Assembly (NCBI GenBank): GCA_046593245.1
Contig: JBKJOD010000303.1
Span: 1 to 43,856, forward strand
Direction: 5' to 3'
Length of the DNA stretch: 43,856 nt
Source of the DNA: Phycisphaerales bacterium
GTDB taxonomy: Bacteria; Planctomycetota; Phycisphaerae; Phycisphaerales; UBA1924
Shown here: one piece after another, positions 1 through 8,402 of the stretch
How positions within the stretch are numbered: the stretch's first letter is position 1
How the letters are laid out: the number at the start of each line of letters is the position of its first letter
Position numbers and translations under genes: made by a program
The notes under the pieces: generated by a model
Seen by the model: only the letters and a program-made list of their open reading frames with translations
What the model was told of the DNA's origin: nothing
Database searches by the model: none

Positions 1-234
1 TCAGATCAAAGGATCCAAGCATCCGGGGCGTGCCCATGATACGGACCGGACACGGATATGTTGGCGATCCATCCTCTTTTGGGTTGAAATTCCCCCCGGG
101 ATACATTTTCCTGCCCGGTGAATCCGGAGTGAAAGTTGAAAAATACGGTCCTTCCACTTTACTTCTAAGTAAGGTGGTCCTAAGGAACGAGCTTGCTTGC
201 CGAGTCACCCGAAACCTTCCGAGGGTCACCGAAT

Positions 235-597
235 ATGTTCCACAAGCACTGCTACACCTGCATCTGCACAAACTCAAAGCTGATCCACAATGCGCGTGGA
301 GACATCGAGATGGCCGTGCATCCCGATGCGCGGCTGGCCGTGCTCTGCGAGCAGCGATTCAAGGGCGTGTCCGTCGAGTTCTTCAACGCGGCCGGAACTT
401 CGATCAGTCCACCGGCAAAGTTTGCCACGACTCAGGAGGCGCGGGAGTATGTCTCCGCGTGCTTTCCGCTCGAACGTTGCGAGTGGTGTGAGGTGCCAGC
501 GACCGAGAAAGATGCGGTTTCGTATGCCATGCAGTCGCTGCTGGGCCCCAAATTCGAGGTCCGCGTGCCTCCCCAAAGCGCGGGAGTGCTCATCTGA
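235..597 (+). CDS. hypothetical small Cys-rich protein (CxxCxC ... CxxC)
   Basis: ATG at 235 is preceded by GAGGG (221-225, 9-nt spacing). The 120-aa frame has GC3-rich codons. Motifs HCYTCIC and CEWC suggest a zinc-ribbon-like fold. No family recognised. The ORF-track start at 193 is an upstream TTG. Confidence 0.45.
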   Translation: MFHKHCYTCICTNSKLIHNARGDIEMAVHPDARLAVLCEQRFKGVSVEFFNAAGTSISPPAKFATTQEAREYVSACFPLERCEWCEVPATEKDAVSYAMQSLLGPKFEVRVPPQSAGVLI

Positions 598-636
598 GAC
601 CAAAGTAGTTCAGAGCCAGTACCCCAGCAGATGCCC

Positions 637-665
637 TTGGGATACGCGTGATCCTCTGGCATAAT
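637..665 (+). promoter_or_regulatory. sigma70-like promoter candidate: TTGGGA-N17-(TGg)CATAAT
   Basis: TTGGGA at 637-642, a 17-nt spacer, and an extended -10 TGGCATAAT at 657-665. It lies about 45 nt upstream of the ATG at 711, in a locally AT-richer stretch. Promoter consensus in this lineage is not established. Confidence 0.3.
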
Positions 666-710
666 GTTGAAAAGCCCGAGTGCCACTGCGTCCACCAGGA
701 GCCCACTCAG

Positions 711-1685
711 ATGTCCGACTCATCATTGCCAAGGTGCTCGCTGTGCGCCGCGCTGGGTGAAGCGCCCGGCGCGGCGCACGCGGGTGATGTGGAGTCGATC
801 TCCGCCGGCCCCGGACCCCACGCACCCAGCGAGGACTGGTCCACCTTCTTCGCGAATCTGCTGGACACCACGGGGTTCCGGCCGCGCTGGGTCTGTGGAT
901 ACTGGCCCGCGAATCTCGGCTGGCTCCACATCTGCTCGGACATCGCCATCTTCTGCGCGTACGCGGCGATTCCCACCGCGCTCTTGTACTTCATCCTGCG
1001 CCGCGTGGATGTTCCGCTGCGCGGAATCGTCTGGCTCTTCGCCGCGTTCATTCTCTCCTGCGGGATCACCCACGCGCTGGACGCATCCATGTTCTACCAC
1101 CCGGCCTATCGGCTGCTGGGCGTGATGAAGCTGGTGACGGCGGTGGTCTCCATCATCACCGCGATCGCGCTGGTTCGGGCGATGCCCCAAGTGCTGAGCG
1201 TGCCCGGGCGGCTGCATGATCAAGAGACCGAGATCGAGCGCGTCAAGCAGGTGAAGGCCGAGGTGGCCGAGCTGAACCACCAACTCTTCGACCGCAACAG
1301 CAAACTCACCGTTCGCACCCGGAATATCGAGCAGGCGATGGACCTCGCCGGAATCGGCATGGTCCGCTGGGAACCCGCCACCGGTGTGTTCCAATGGGAT
1401 GCGGGCCTTCGCGAGGCGCTGACCAAAGCGCACGGACGAGCGATCCCGTTTTCGCAGTGGTCCGACCTGCTGGACACCCCCGAGCTCACGACGCTGCTGG
1501 CGATATCCATGGAGGCCGCGCGGACCGGCCACCCGATTTCGGTGCAAATGCCGATCAGCGCCGCGGTGGCGAAGGGGCTGCGCCTCCGCATGAGCGCCGC
1601 CCCCGAGCGCGGGCCGGAGAGCCCCGCGATCGTCGGCATGGTCCGGGTCATGGACGCGAGCGTGATCGAACGGAAGATGGGCTGA
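711..1685 (+). CDS. ethylene-receptor-like (ETR1-type) transmembrane sensor domain + coiled coil + PAS-like domain, no output domain
   Basis: ATG at 711 with AGGAG at 697-701. [51 protein letters not shown] aligns without gaps to the ETR1 ethylene-binding helices I-II, and [16 protein letters not shown] aligns to helix III. The C-terminal [20 protein letters not shown] region is PAS-like. Confidence 0.8.
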   Translation: [324 protein letters not shown]

Positions 1686-2092
1686 GGGAAGTTCCTCGAA
1701 CCGGCTCGTTCCAATCCTCCTCACACGCCTCATGGCGCCCCTACATCCTGGCCGTCAGGGCGGGAAGGGAACGTCGCTCAGGGTGTGCAGATACCCAAAG
1801 CGGGGATTGAAGTGGGGGGATGGGGGGTTCTTCAAGGTCATTTTGCGAGAACTTGGCTCTTGGGGCTTCCCATCCGGCTGGGAATACGTCACAATGCTTG
1901 GCTCATGCTGGTTTCATTCGTGCCCCGCCGCGGCCCGGTCCGTCAGTCCGCGGTTTCTGTCCCCGTGTCGGCTGATCTGCTCCGCTGCCCACTCACTCCC
2001 TGCCCCCCCTCCCCTTGACGTGAGGATCGATGTCCCCCCCGTTGCACCCTGCTACTTGCCGACGAGCTTCGCGCGCCACTGCGCGCACGGGA

Positions 2093-3394
2093 ATGCTCGC
2101 CATGCTCGGCGCGGCCGTGCTCGGCATCGCGGGCACCGCGGCGTGCGGACAGTGGACGGTCACGGTGCTCGGGCCGGTGGGGCAGGATTCCTCCGCCAAT
2201 GGCGGCGTGGGTGGCGCGGGGCCTGATGCGGCTGGTGGGGTAGCGCCTGGGGCTCAGGTTGGATATGTGCTCGTGCCGGTGGGGACGACGGGGGCCACGC
2301 AGTATCACGCCGCACTTTGGAATGGAACGGCGGCCAACTGGGTGGACCTGCACCCGCCCGGCGCGGCGTCGAGCATCGCGTTCAGCGTTGCGCAGGTCTC
2401 GGGTGTGGTGGCGGGGCGAAAGAGTGTGGAGGTCGGCGGTGTGGCGGTCTTGGGTGCATATCACGCGGCGATGTGGCCCAGTGGTGGTGGCGGGATCGGT
2501 GGCGTGCCGGTGTGGCTTGATCTGAACCCCGTGAACGCGAGCGCATCGCTGGCGCTGTGTGTGCAAGTCGATGGTACGGGGATGATGACTTCGGTTGGGT
2601 TTGCCACCTACGGCGTGCTGGACCACGCGGGGATGTGGAATGGCCCCGGCGCGGCGTGGACGGACCTGCACCCCATCGGGCCCAGCTGGATCGGCTTGAC
2701 GCACTCGCACGCGGTGGCCTGCGATACCAGCCAACAGGTTGGATACGCGACCATCGGCACCTGGCACGCGACGGTGTGGAGCGGCAGCGCGAGCAGCGCG
2801 GTGGATCTGCACCCGCCGGGCGCGACGCGCTCGGAGTGTGCGGGCGTCTCCGGCGGCGTGCAGGTGGGCAACGCGATCATCGGCGGTTCGCGGCACGCGA
2901 CGCTGTGGCGCGGCACGGCATCATCAATGATCGACCTGCACCCCACGCTCGCGGCAACCGACGCGACCGCCTCCGTGGCGACGAGCATCAGCGGACCGTG
3001 GCAGGCCGGAGACGTGACGATTGGTGACGTGCATCACGCGAGCATCTGGAACGCAACGGCCGCGACCTGGGAAGATATTTCGCTCGCGCTGGGCGATGGC
3101 TGGGGGAACACCTATGCACGCGGCATCTGGCGCGACGGCGCAGCGCTGTATGTCGCAGGGAGCGCGGTGAGCGTGCAGACCGGGCGGGAGATCGCCGTGC
3201 TTTGGCGGAAGCCGATCTGCTGCCCGGCCGACTTTGACTGCTCCGGCGGGCCTACACCCGTGAGCGTCTCGGACATCTTCGACTTCATAGGTGCCTGGTT
3301 CACGGGCGACCCACGCGCGGATGTCAATCACATGAACGGCATCAACGTGCAGGACATCTTCGACTTCCTTGCCGCGTGGTTTGCGGGATGCTGA
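2093..3394 (+). CDS. secreted HAF-family repeat protein with GC-type dockerin-like C-terminus
   Basis: Signal-peptide-like MLAMLGAAVLGIAGTAACG. Six repeats of the form HA(A/T/G/S)xW.G....(W)xDLHP. The C-terminus is CCPADFDCSGG...DIFDFIGAWFTG...DVNHMNGINVQDIFDFLAAWFAGC-stop. Start is uncertain (ORF-track start 2030). Confidence 0.75.
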   Translation: MLAMLGAAVLGIAGTAACGQWTVTVLGPVGQDSSANGGVGGAGPDAAGGVAPGAQVGYVLVPVGTTGATQYHAALWNGTAANWVDLHPPGAASSIAFSVAQVSGVVAGRKSVEVGGVAVLGAYHAAMWPSGGGGIGGVPVWLDLNPVNASASLALCVQVDGTGMMTSVGFATYGVLDHAGMWNGPGAAWTDLHPIGPSWIGLTHSHAVACDTSQQVGYATIGTWHATVWSGSASSAVDLHPPGATRSECAGVSGGVQVGNAIIGGSRHATLWRGTASSMIDLHPTLAATDATASVATSISGPWQAGDVTIGDVHHASIWNATAATWEDISLALGDGWGNTYARGIWRDGAALYVAGSAVSVQTGREIAVLWRKPICCPADFDCSGGPTPVSVSDIFDFIGAWFTGDPRADVNHMNGINVQDIFDFLAAWFAGC

Positions 3395-3512
3395 ATGCAG
3401 CGGGGGGGGGCGGCCGCGTGTCGGTCGCGTGCCGGAGATTTTGCTTGCTCATGCCGAGAGTGGGTCCTGACGGTCGCCTCGCCGGGGTACACCGTTGGGC
3501 CGATGGTGCATG

Positions 3513-3554
3513 CCAAAAACACACACAGCTCCGGGTCCATCAGACCGGGAGCTG
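3513..3554 (-). terminator. intrinsic terminator candidate for the 3591..5102 gene
   Basis: Arms CAGCTCCGGGTC (3526-3537) and GACCGGGAGCTG (3543-3554) give 11 of 12 pairs around a 5-nt loop. On the minus strand the stem is followed by UGUGUGUUUUUGG. It lies 37 nt past the stop codon. Confidence 0.55.
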
Positions 3555-3590
3555 CGTGGTTGCTTGTGCGAAGGGTGAAGCGGCTGCGGG

Positions 3591-5102
3591 TTACGCGCCG
3601 GTTCCCGCGACAGAGAAGGAGAACGCGAGGTTCTGGCTGTCGTTGGAGTAAATGGTTGCGATGGCGGTGCGGAGGCCAACCGCAGAGGGGTTGAAGGAAA
3701 TCTTGAAGATGCTCTGACCGCCATGGCCGATCGTGGAAGAGGGAAGCACCGTGACGGTGAAGTCTTCCGCGTTCAGGCCGGAGATCACCACGCGTGAGTT
3801 CGCGGTCAGCACGAGGTTGCCGGGGCCGTTGTTGCCCAGCGTGAAGAGCCGCTGGATGCGGGCGTTGCCGTCGGTGTTTACGGAGCCGAAGACAGTGCCG
3901 TTGCCGATGCTGGCGGGGGCGCCGTTGGCCAGACGCTGGGCCTGCGGGCCATACACCTCGATGCGACCAACAAGGATGCCCGTGCCGCGGATGTCGAAGG
4001 TGAAGGGCTGGGCACCGGTTTGAGTAGTGGCGAAGGAGACGGTGGCGAAGCGGAACCCCAGCGCGGAGGGATCGAAGCGAACACTGAAGGGTGTAGACTG
4101 GCCGGGCTGCAGCGTCATCGCGGGTTGGCGGACAACCACGAAGTCGTCGACGTTTGTGCCGGTGAGGGTGATGAAACCCTGGTTGCCGGGGGCAAGGGTA
4201 ATGGCATGGTCGGAGGTGTTTCGGATGACAAAGACGCGGGTCTTGGTCTGGGTCTCCACATCGATGCCGGCATAGTTCGTCCCATCGGACGCGCTCGGGG
4301 ATGTGTCGCCGTAGGAGATATCCACGCCCTTGCCGCGCACGAGGAAATCGGTCACGCCGGTGAGCATCGAGGCGCTGGTGAGGCCCATGTTGTAGCGGAA
4401 GGAGTGGTCGGGCTGGTCGGAGTAGTCGGTTGCGGAAGCGAAATCGACTCGGACAGCGCCCACGCCGCGAACCAACCAGCGCGTTTCTGTAACGTGCTCT
4501 GTCGCGCTCCAGCCGGTGGTGCCGTTCTGGTCGAGCGTGCCGCTGAGGGTGATGCGAAGTGCTTCAAAGGAGCCCGCGCCAACCGTGATGTTTTCAATGC
4601 CGACAACATTGAGATCACCAACAAACTGGCCGGACCAGGCGCGGCCATCGGACGATGAGCCGCTGAGGGATTTGAGGATGTGAACCGTCACACCGTCGGT
4701 GAGATTGACGGTTGCAAGCCGAGCTCCCGCTCCGAAAAGGACGCTGGAACTTAGCGAGGGCTCCTGCAAATCGTGGCGGAGCACTCGAAGCCCGGTCGAT
4801 GTGTGCGCGAAATAGGCGGCGTCAGTCGTGGATGGGCCGCCACTATTGGGGGAGAGAACGGTTGTGAGTTTGCTGGAGTTGAACCCGGAGATGGTTCCGC
4901 CTGCGCTCAGTGTGGCAACAGCCGTGGCCGGTGCTCCATTGAGCAATCCCGCGTACGACCACTGATCACCGGCGTGCAGTGGCATGTAGTCCGCAACTGC
5001 ATACGTAGCCAGAAGCTGGCGGGATTCGAGGGATTCAAGCTCGTGTGCGATTGCCCCGGAAGAGCGACGCTTGCGAGACATGGTGCTGGCGCGAGAGAAC
5101 AT
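3591..5102 (-). CDS. secreted protein with choice-of-anchor-D-like Ig-fold repeats and N-terminal 'LESRQLLA' motif
   Basis: The N-terminus MSRKRRSSGAIAHELESLESRQLLA is a motif I recall as common at the N-termini of planctomycete exported proteins. The C-terminal half has repeated segments typical of choice-of-anchor D domains (FGSVNTDGNARIQRLFTLGNNGPGNLVL; VFVIRNTSDHAITL; FSVRFDPSALG; FKISFNPSAVG). Confidence 0.75.
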   Translation of the reverse strand: MFSRASTMSRKRRSSGAIAHELESLESRQLLATYAVADYMPLHAGDQWSYAGLLNGAPATAVATLSAGGTISGFNSSKLTTVLSPNSGGPSTTDAAYFAHTSTGLRVLRHDLQEPSLSSSVLFGAGARLATVNLTDGVTVHILKSLSGSSSDGRAWSGQFVGDLNVVGIENITVGAGSFEALRITLSGTLDQNGTTGWSATEHVTETRWLVRGVGAVRVDFASATDYSDQPDHSFRYNMGLTSASMLTGVTDFLVRGKGVDISYGDTSPSASDGTNYAGIDVETQTKTRVFVIRNTSDHAITLAPGNQGFITLTGTNVDDFVVVRQPAMTLQPGQSTPFSVRFDPSALGFRFATVSFATTQTGAQPFTFDIRGTGILVGRIEVYGPQAQRLANGAPASIGNGTVFGSVNTDGNARIQRLFTLGNNGPGNLVLTANSRVVISGLNAEDFTVTVLPSSTIGHGGQSIFKISFNPSAVGLRTAIATIYSNDSQNLAFSFSVAGTGA

Positions 5103-5240
5103 AGATCAATCTCCAAGAAAAAGGCAAGGATCCCCTTAATCAAGTGTGTATGTGCAACCCGAGGCCTCCATGAAGGAGGGATGAGGCGGGACTCAGAAGG
5201 ATTCACCAAGCCACACTGCGTGCGAGATCGGACACCAAAT

Positions 5241-5288
5241 GTCACAAAAGAGCTGGCCCCAATCCGGATGGTCGACCGGATTGGGGCC
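5241..5288 (-). terminator. intrinsic terminator for the PEP-CTERM gene
   Basis: Perfect 13-bp stem GGCCCCAATCCGG (5255-5267) / CCGGATTGGGGCC (5276-5288) with an 8-nt loop. On the minus strand it is followed by AGCUCUUUUGUGAC. Confidence 0.65.
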
Positions 5289-5312
5289 ATTTGGTTGGTT
5301 TGAGAGATTCGA

Positions 5313-6101
5313 TCAGCGGGCGCGACGACGAGCGATGACGCCGAAGCCGATGGCTGCGAGGGCGACCGTACCGGGAGCCGGCACGCCGGGGAACGCCGAG
5401 CCCGAATAGGAAGACTCGGAGCGCCACGCAGAGGTCGGTGCCTTGGTGGTTGGATCGATCGCGACGGTAGCCCCGATCGAGCCGGAGTTGATGACGCTCA
5501 AGCTGAAGGCGAAGTCATCCGGGCCAGCCGAAGCACCGGTTCCGCTTGTGCCGACGACGATGCCGTAACGAGCGGCGTTGACCGTTCCGCCGAGTGCGGT
5601 AACGAACGCGGACGATGCCGTGTAAGTGACATCAGCAAAGGAGTCAGCACCGAGGACCGCGCCCGAGGTGGACCAGGTGGACTGGGTGCCGGGCACCGTG
5701 AACAGTGCCGCGCTGGGCCCGATGTTCACCGTAAGCAACGCGTTGCCCATGGTGTCGTAAAAGCCAAAGGTTCCGAGCACGCGATAGGTGTGCTGGAACA
5801 GGGATCCGCCCAAGCCGAAGCTTGTCCCGCTACCAAGAGTCAGCGCAGCACGAAACTCAACGGCGATGGACTGTGTCGGCGCGGTGCCGTTGTTGTCATC
5901 GACGAGGAGATTGAACGTGTTCGGACGGCTGAAATCGGAGAGGGTGAAATTTCCGGCAGATCCAGCTGTGCCGCCGAACGTGAACGAGTTGCTGTTCACA
6001 TCCGATGCGAAGCTGAACAGGGTGGCGTGCGCCGAACCTGCAAAGACCGAGAGAGAGAGAGCGGTACCAACGACGGTTGAAGCAATGAGACGACGATCCA
6101 T
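5313..6101 (-). CDS. PEP-CTERM-anchored secreted protein
   Basis: Signal peptide MDRRLIASTVVGTALSLSVFAGSAHA. The C-terminus VPAPGTVALAAIGFGVIARRRAR has the PEP-like motif, a TM helix and an Arg cluster, which is the PEP-CTERM architecture. Confidence 0.75.
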   Translation of the reverse strand: MDRRLIASTVVGTALSLSVFAGSAHATLFSFASDVNSNSFTFGGTAGSAGNFTLSDFSRPNTFNLLVDDNNGTAPTQSIAVEFRAALTLGSGTSFGLGGSLFQHTYRVLGTFGFYDTMGNALLTVNIGPSAALFTVPGTQSTWSTSGAVLGADSFADVTYTASSAFVTALGGTVNAARYGIVVGTSGTGASAGPDDFAFSLSVINSGSIGATVAIDPTTKAPTSAWRSESSYSGSAFPGVPAPGTVALAAIGFGVIARRRAR

Positions 6102-6490
6102 GCGAACCTCCTAGAGCTCGTCATCTCCCGCCTCCAGATTGTTCAGACCAGCACGCACTTTTGGCACGCGCTCACATATGCGGTACAGAGCAGCAATCAG
6201 AAAACCGGCTTCCGCGAGAGAGCTACGCGAAGACCGATCTCGGACCTCTTTCGAGGCCACTTTGACGCACACACCATTTGTTGAACCGCAGTCCCACAAT
6301 CCGAGCGTGGCTCGGACCCCACTTGCGAGAGAGTTGCTCGTGGGGGAGACGGTATGCATGATGGAGGGAGGGCGTGAACTCGCACTGAGTTCAACATGAA
6401 GATGCACGAATTGCGCAGGAGATTGTCGAATAGCGAGAACCCTGAGCGGAAACGATAAACCGCCTTGTCCTTGTCGTAGATCGTGTCGGT

Positions 6491-6504
6491 GGCCTGTACA
6501 GGCC
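6491..6504. promoter_or_regulatory. perfect 14-nt palindrome GGCCTGTACAGGCC
   Basis: Read directly from the sequence. It ends 12 nt upstream of the ATG at 6516, in the 414-bp divergent intergenic region. Confidence 0.3.
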
Positions 6505-6515
6505 GATAGCGGGCT

Positions 6516-7574
6516 ATGGTCCAGAGGTCTGCTCGCGCAGTTCGGCCGTCACGCTATCCCGACACTATCACCATGACCTCGGCCGCCGTTACGAGTATTC
6601 CCTCAGCGGAGATAGTAGTGGCTGCTCAGACCCCACAGATGCAAGGTGACGCTCGCCGCGCGGCCGCAGAAGCGTGGATGGCGCGGCTGCCGATCAACAT
6701 CGTTCGACGCGTTGGGAGAAACGGAAGGGCGGCGCGGCTGGTGATGTATCGTGTTGCCGCGAACACGCAGGAGTTCTGGGAGAAGACGTGGCTGATCAGT
6801 CCGTGCTACCGGATGCGCGGGTACACGCTGCCGCGGTGGTACAAGGAAGCGTTCACAAAATGGCTCCCAGGAGATGGCATGATCGTTGAGGCCGGGTGCG
6901 GAAACGGGAATCTGGTGCGGATGCTGCTCAATGAGGGGATTGTTGAAAAGGTGGAGGGATTGGACTTTGCGGCCAATGTGATCGCGGAGAATCGGAGAGT
7001 GCATCCGACGGAGGGGGTGAGCGCAGAGAAGGGGACGTATGTCGTGGGGGATGTACGGGCGTTGCCGTATGGAGACGGCACGATCGCGGGGTATCTGTCG
7101 ATGGGCGTGGTGGAGCACTTCGAAGAGCGCGATCGGGAGATGATGTTGTGCGAGGCGGCGCGGTGTCTGCGCGTGGGCGGACGGGCGATCATCACCGTGC
7201 CGTATTTTTCGCCAGCACGCCGAATTCGGGCCGCGCTGGGTGGATTTGAGGAGGAGACGGCGCGGCAGGAGCGGATCGCTCGCGGACGCCAGCGTGGGAC
7301 GCCAGAAAAGGATGACGGGGCAGCGTTTTACCAGTTCTACTTCACGGCGAAGGAGATGTGCGGGCAGATCGAGCGCGCGGGGCTGCGCGTGTTGGAACTG
7401 GATGGATACGACTGCCGGCGCGGGTGGAGCGATGCGTTCGGGGCGGGTGCAGACAAGCTGGCGGCGTGGCTGGAGAAACGCGGGCCGGGGGCGGCGCGGT
7501 GGGTGGAGCAGCCGTGGAAAGTCGTGCGGCGGTTCTGTCCGCACATGCTGATGGTGGTGGCGGAGAAGAGGTGA
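6516..7574 (+). CDS. class I SAM-dependent methyltransferase
   Basis: Motif I VEAGCGNGNLVRML, an acidic loop LDFA, and post-motif GGRAIITVPY. The true start could be a downstream Met (for example 6573). Confidence 0.8.
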   Translation: MVQRSARAVRPSRYPDTITMTSAAVTSIPSAEIVVAAQTPQMQGDARRAAAEAWMARLPINIVRRVGRNGRAARLVMYRVAANTQEFWEKTWLISPCYRMRGYTLPRWYKEAFTKWLPGDGMIVEAGCGNGNLVRMLLNEGIVEKVEGLDFAANVIAENRRVHPTEGVSAEKGTYVVGDVRALPYGDGTIAGYLSMGVVEHFEERDREMMLCEAARCLRVGGRAIITVPYFSPARRIRAALGGFEEETARQERIARGRQRGTPEKDDGAAFYQFYFTAKEMCGQIERAGLRVLELDGYDCRRGWSDAFGAGADKLAAWLEKRGPGAARWVEQPWKVVRRFCPHMLMVVAEKR

Positions 7575-7658
7575 GTCGAGATTCGTGTTCTAACGCCTCG
7601 GGTGAGGGGTCGCTATAGTGACCGCGTGCGAGGGATCGCGCATCAAGGAGCTTTGCAG

Positions 7659-8315
7659 ATGGACCTGTATATCGACACCGCCAATCTGGCCGAGATCAAG
7701 GAAGCCGCGTCGCTGGGTGTGCTGGATGGGGTGACGACGAATCCGTCGCTGATGGCCAAGGAAGTCGGCGTGGGCGTGACTTACGCGAAGCGGCTCGCGG
7801 AGATCTGCGAGATCGTGAAGGGGCCGGTTTCCGCGGAGGTCATCTCCACGGACTACGCGGGAATGATGAAGGAAGCCGAGAGCCACGGGAAGATCGCGTC
7901 CAACATCGTCATCAAGCTGCCGATTACCATCGACGGCCTGAAGGCGTGCAAGACGCTGAGCGACAACGGGATCAAGACGAACATGACGCTGTGTTTCCAG
8001 CCGCTGCAGGCGCTGATGGTGGCGAAGGCGGGCGCGTTTCTGGTCAGCCCGTTCATCGGGCGGCTGGATGACATCGCCGAGGATGGCATGGAACTCATCG
8101 AGAAGATCCGGCAGATTTACGACAACTACGGCTACACCACGAAGATTCTCGCGGCATCCGTGCGGCACCCCAAGCACATGGTCGAGTGCGCGATGGCCGG
8201 GTGTGATGTGGCGACGGTGCCGATGAGCGTCATCAAGTCGATGCTGAACCATCCGCTGACGGACAGCGGGTTAAAGAAGTTCCTTGAGGATTACAAGAAG
8301 GCGTTTCCGTCGTAA
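7659..8315 (+). CDS. tal: transaldolase, short type 3B / fructose-6-phosphate aldolase family
   Basis: MDLYIDTANLAEIKEAASLGVLDGVTTNPSL...KLPITIDGLKACKTLSDNGIKTNMTLCF...SPFIGRLDD is near-colinear with the Bacillus Tal/Fsa family. AAGGAG at 7645-7650 lies 8 nt before the ATG. Confidence 0.9.
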   Translation: MDLYIDTANLAEIKEAASLGVLDGVTTNPSLMAKEVGVGVTYAKRLAEICEIVKGPVSAEVISTDYAGMMKEAESHGKIASNIVIKLPITIDGLKACKTLSDNGIKTNMTLCFQPLQALMVAKAGAFLVSPFIGRLDDIAEDGMELIEKIRQIYDNYGYTTKILAASVRHPKHMVECAMAGCDVATVPMSVIKSMLNHPLTDSGLKKFLEDYKKAFPS

Positions 8316-8334
8316 CACGGGCATCTTGGCCGTG
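8316..8334 (+). terminator. hairpin CACGGGCATCTTGGCCGTG directly after the tal stop
   Basis: The stem is CACGG/CCGTG plus a C-G pair. It begins 1 nt after the TAA. It is the same sequence family as the hairpin at 8403-8421 read on the other strand. Confidence 0.4.
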
Positions 8335-8402
8335 TTCAGTTGCAGCGGAACTTGACCCTTGGCTTTCGGGCGGTCAGGATGGTGTGCATTCCGTGCGAGC
8401 GG

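Noticed and set aside
655-672. GCATAATGT, which resembles the left arm and centre of a proteobacterial dif site.
   Set aside because: There is no matching XerD arm (TTATGTTAAAT-like) or dyad symmetry. It lies about 20 kb from the skew switch. It is better explained as an extended -10 promoter element (TGGCATAAT).
6111-6407. ORFs 6111..6407(-), 6139..6399(+) and 6197..6397(-) in the divergent intergenic region.
   Set aside because: They overlap one another, lack motifs and ribosome-binding sites, and have atypical composition. I treat them as non-coding.
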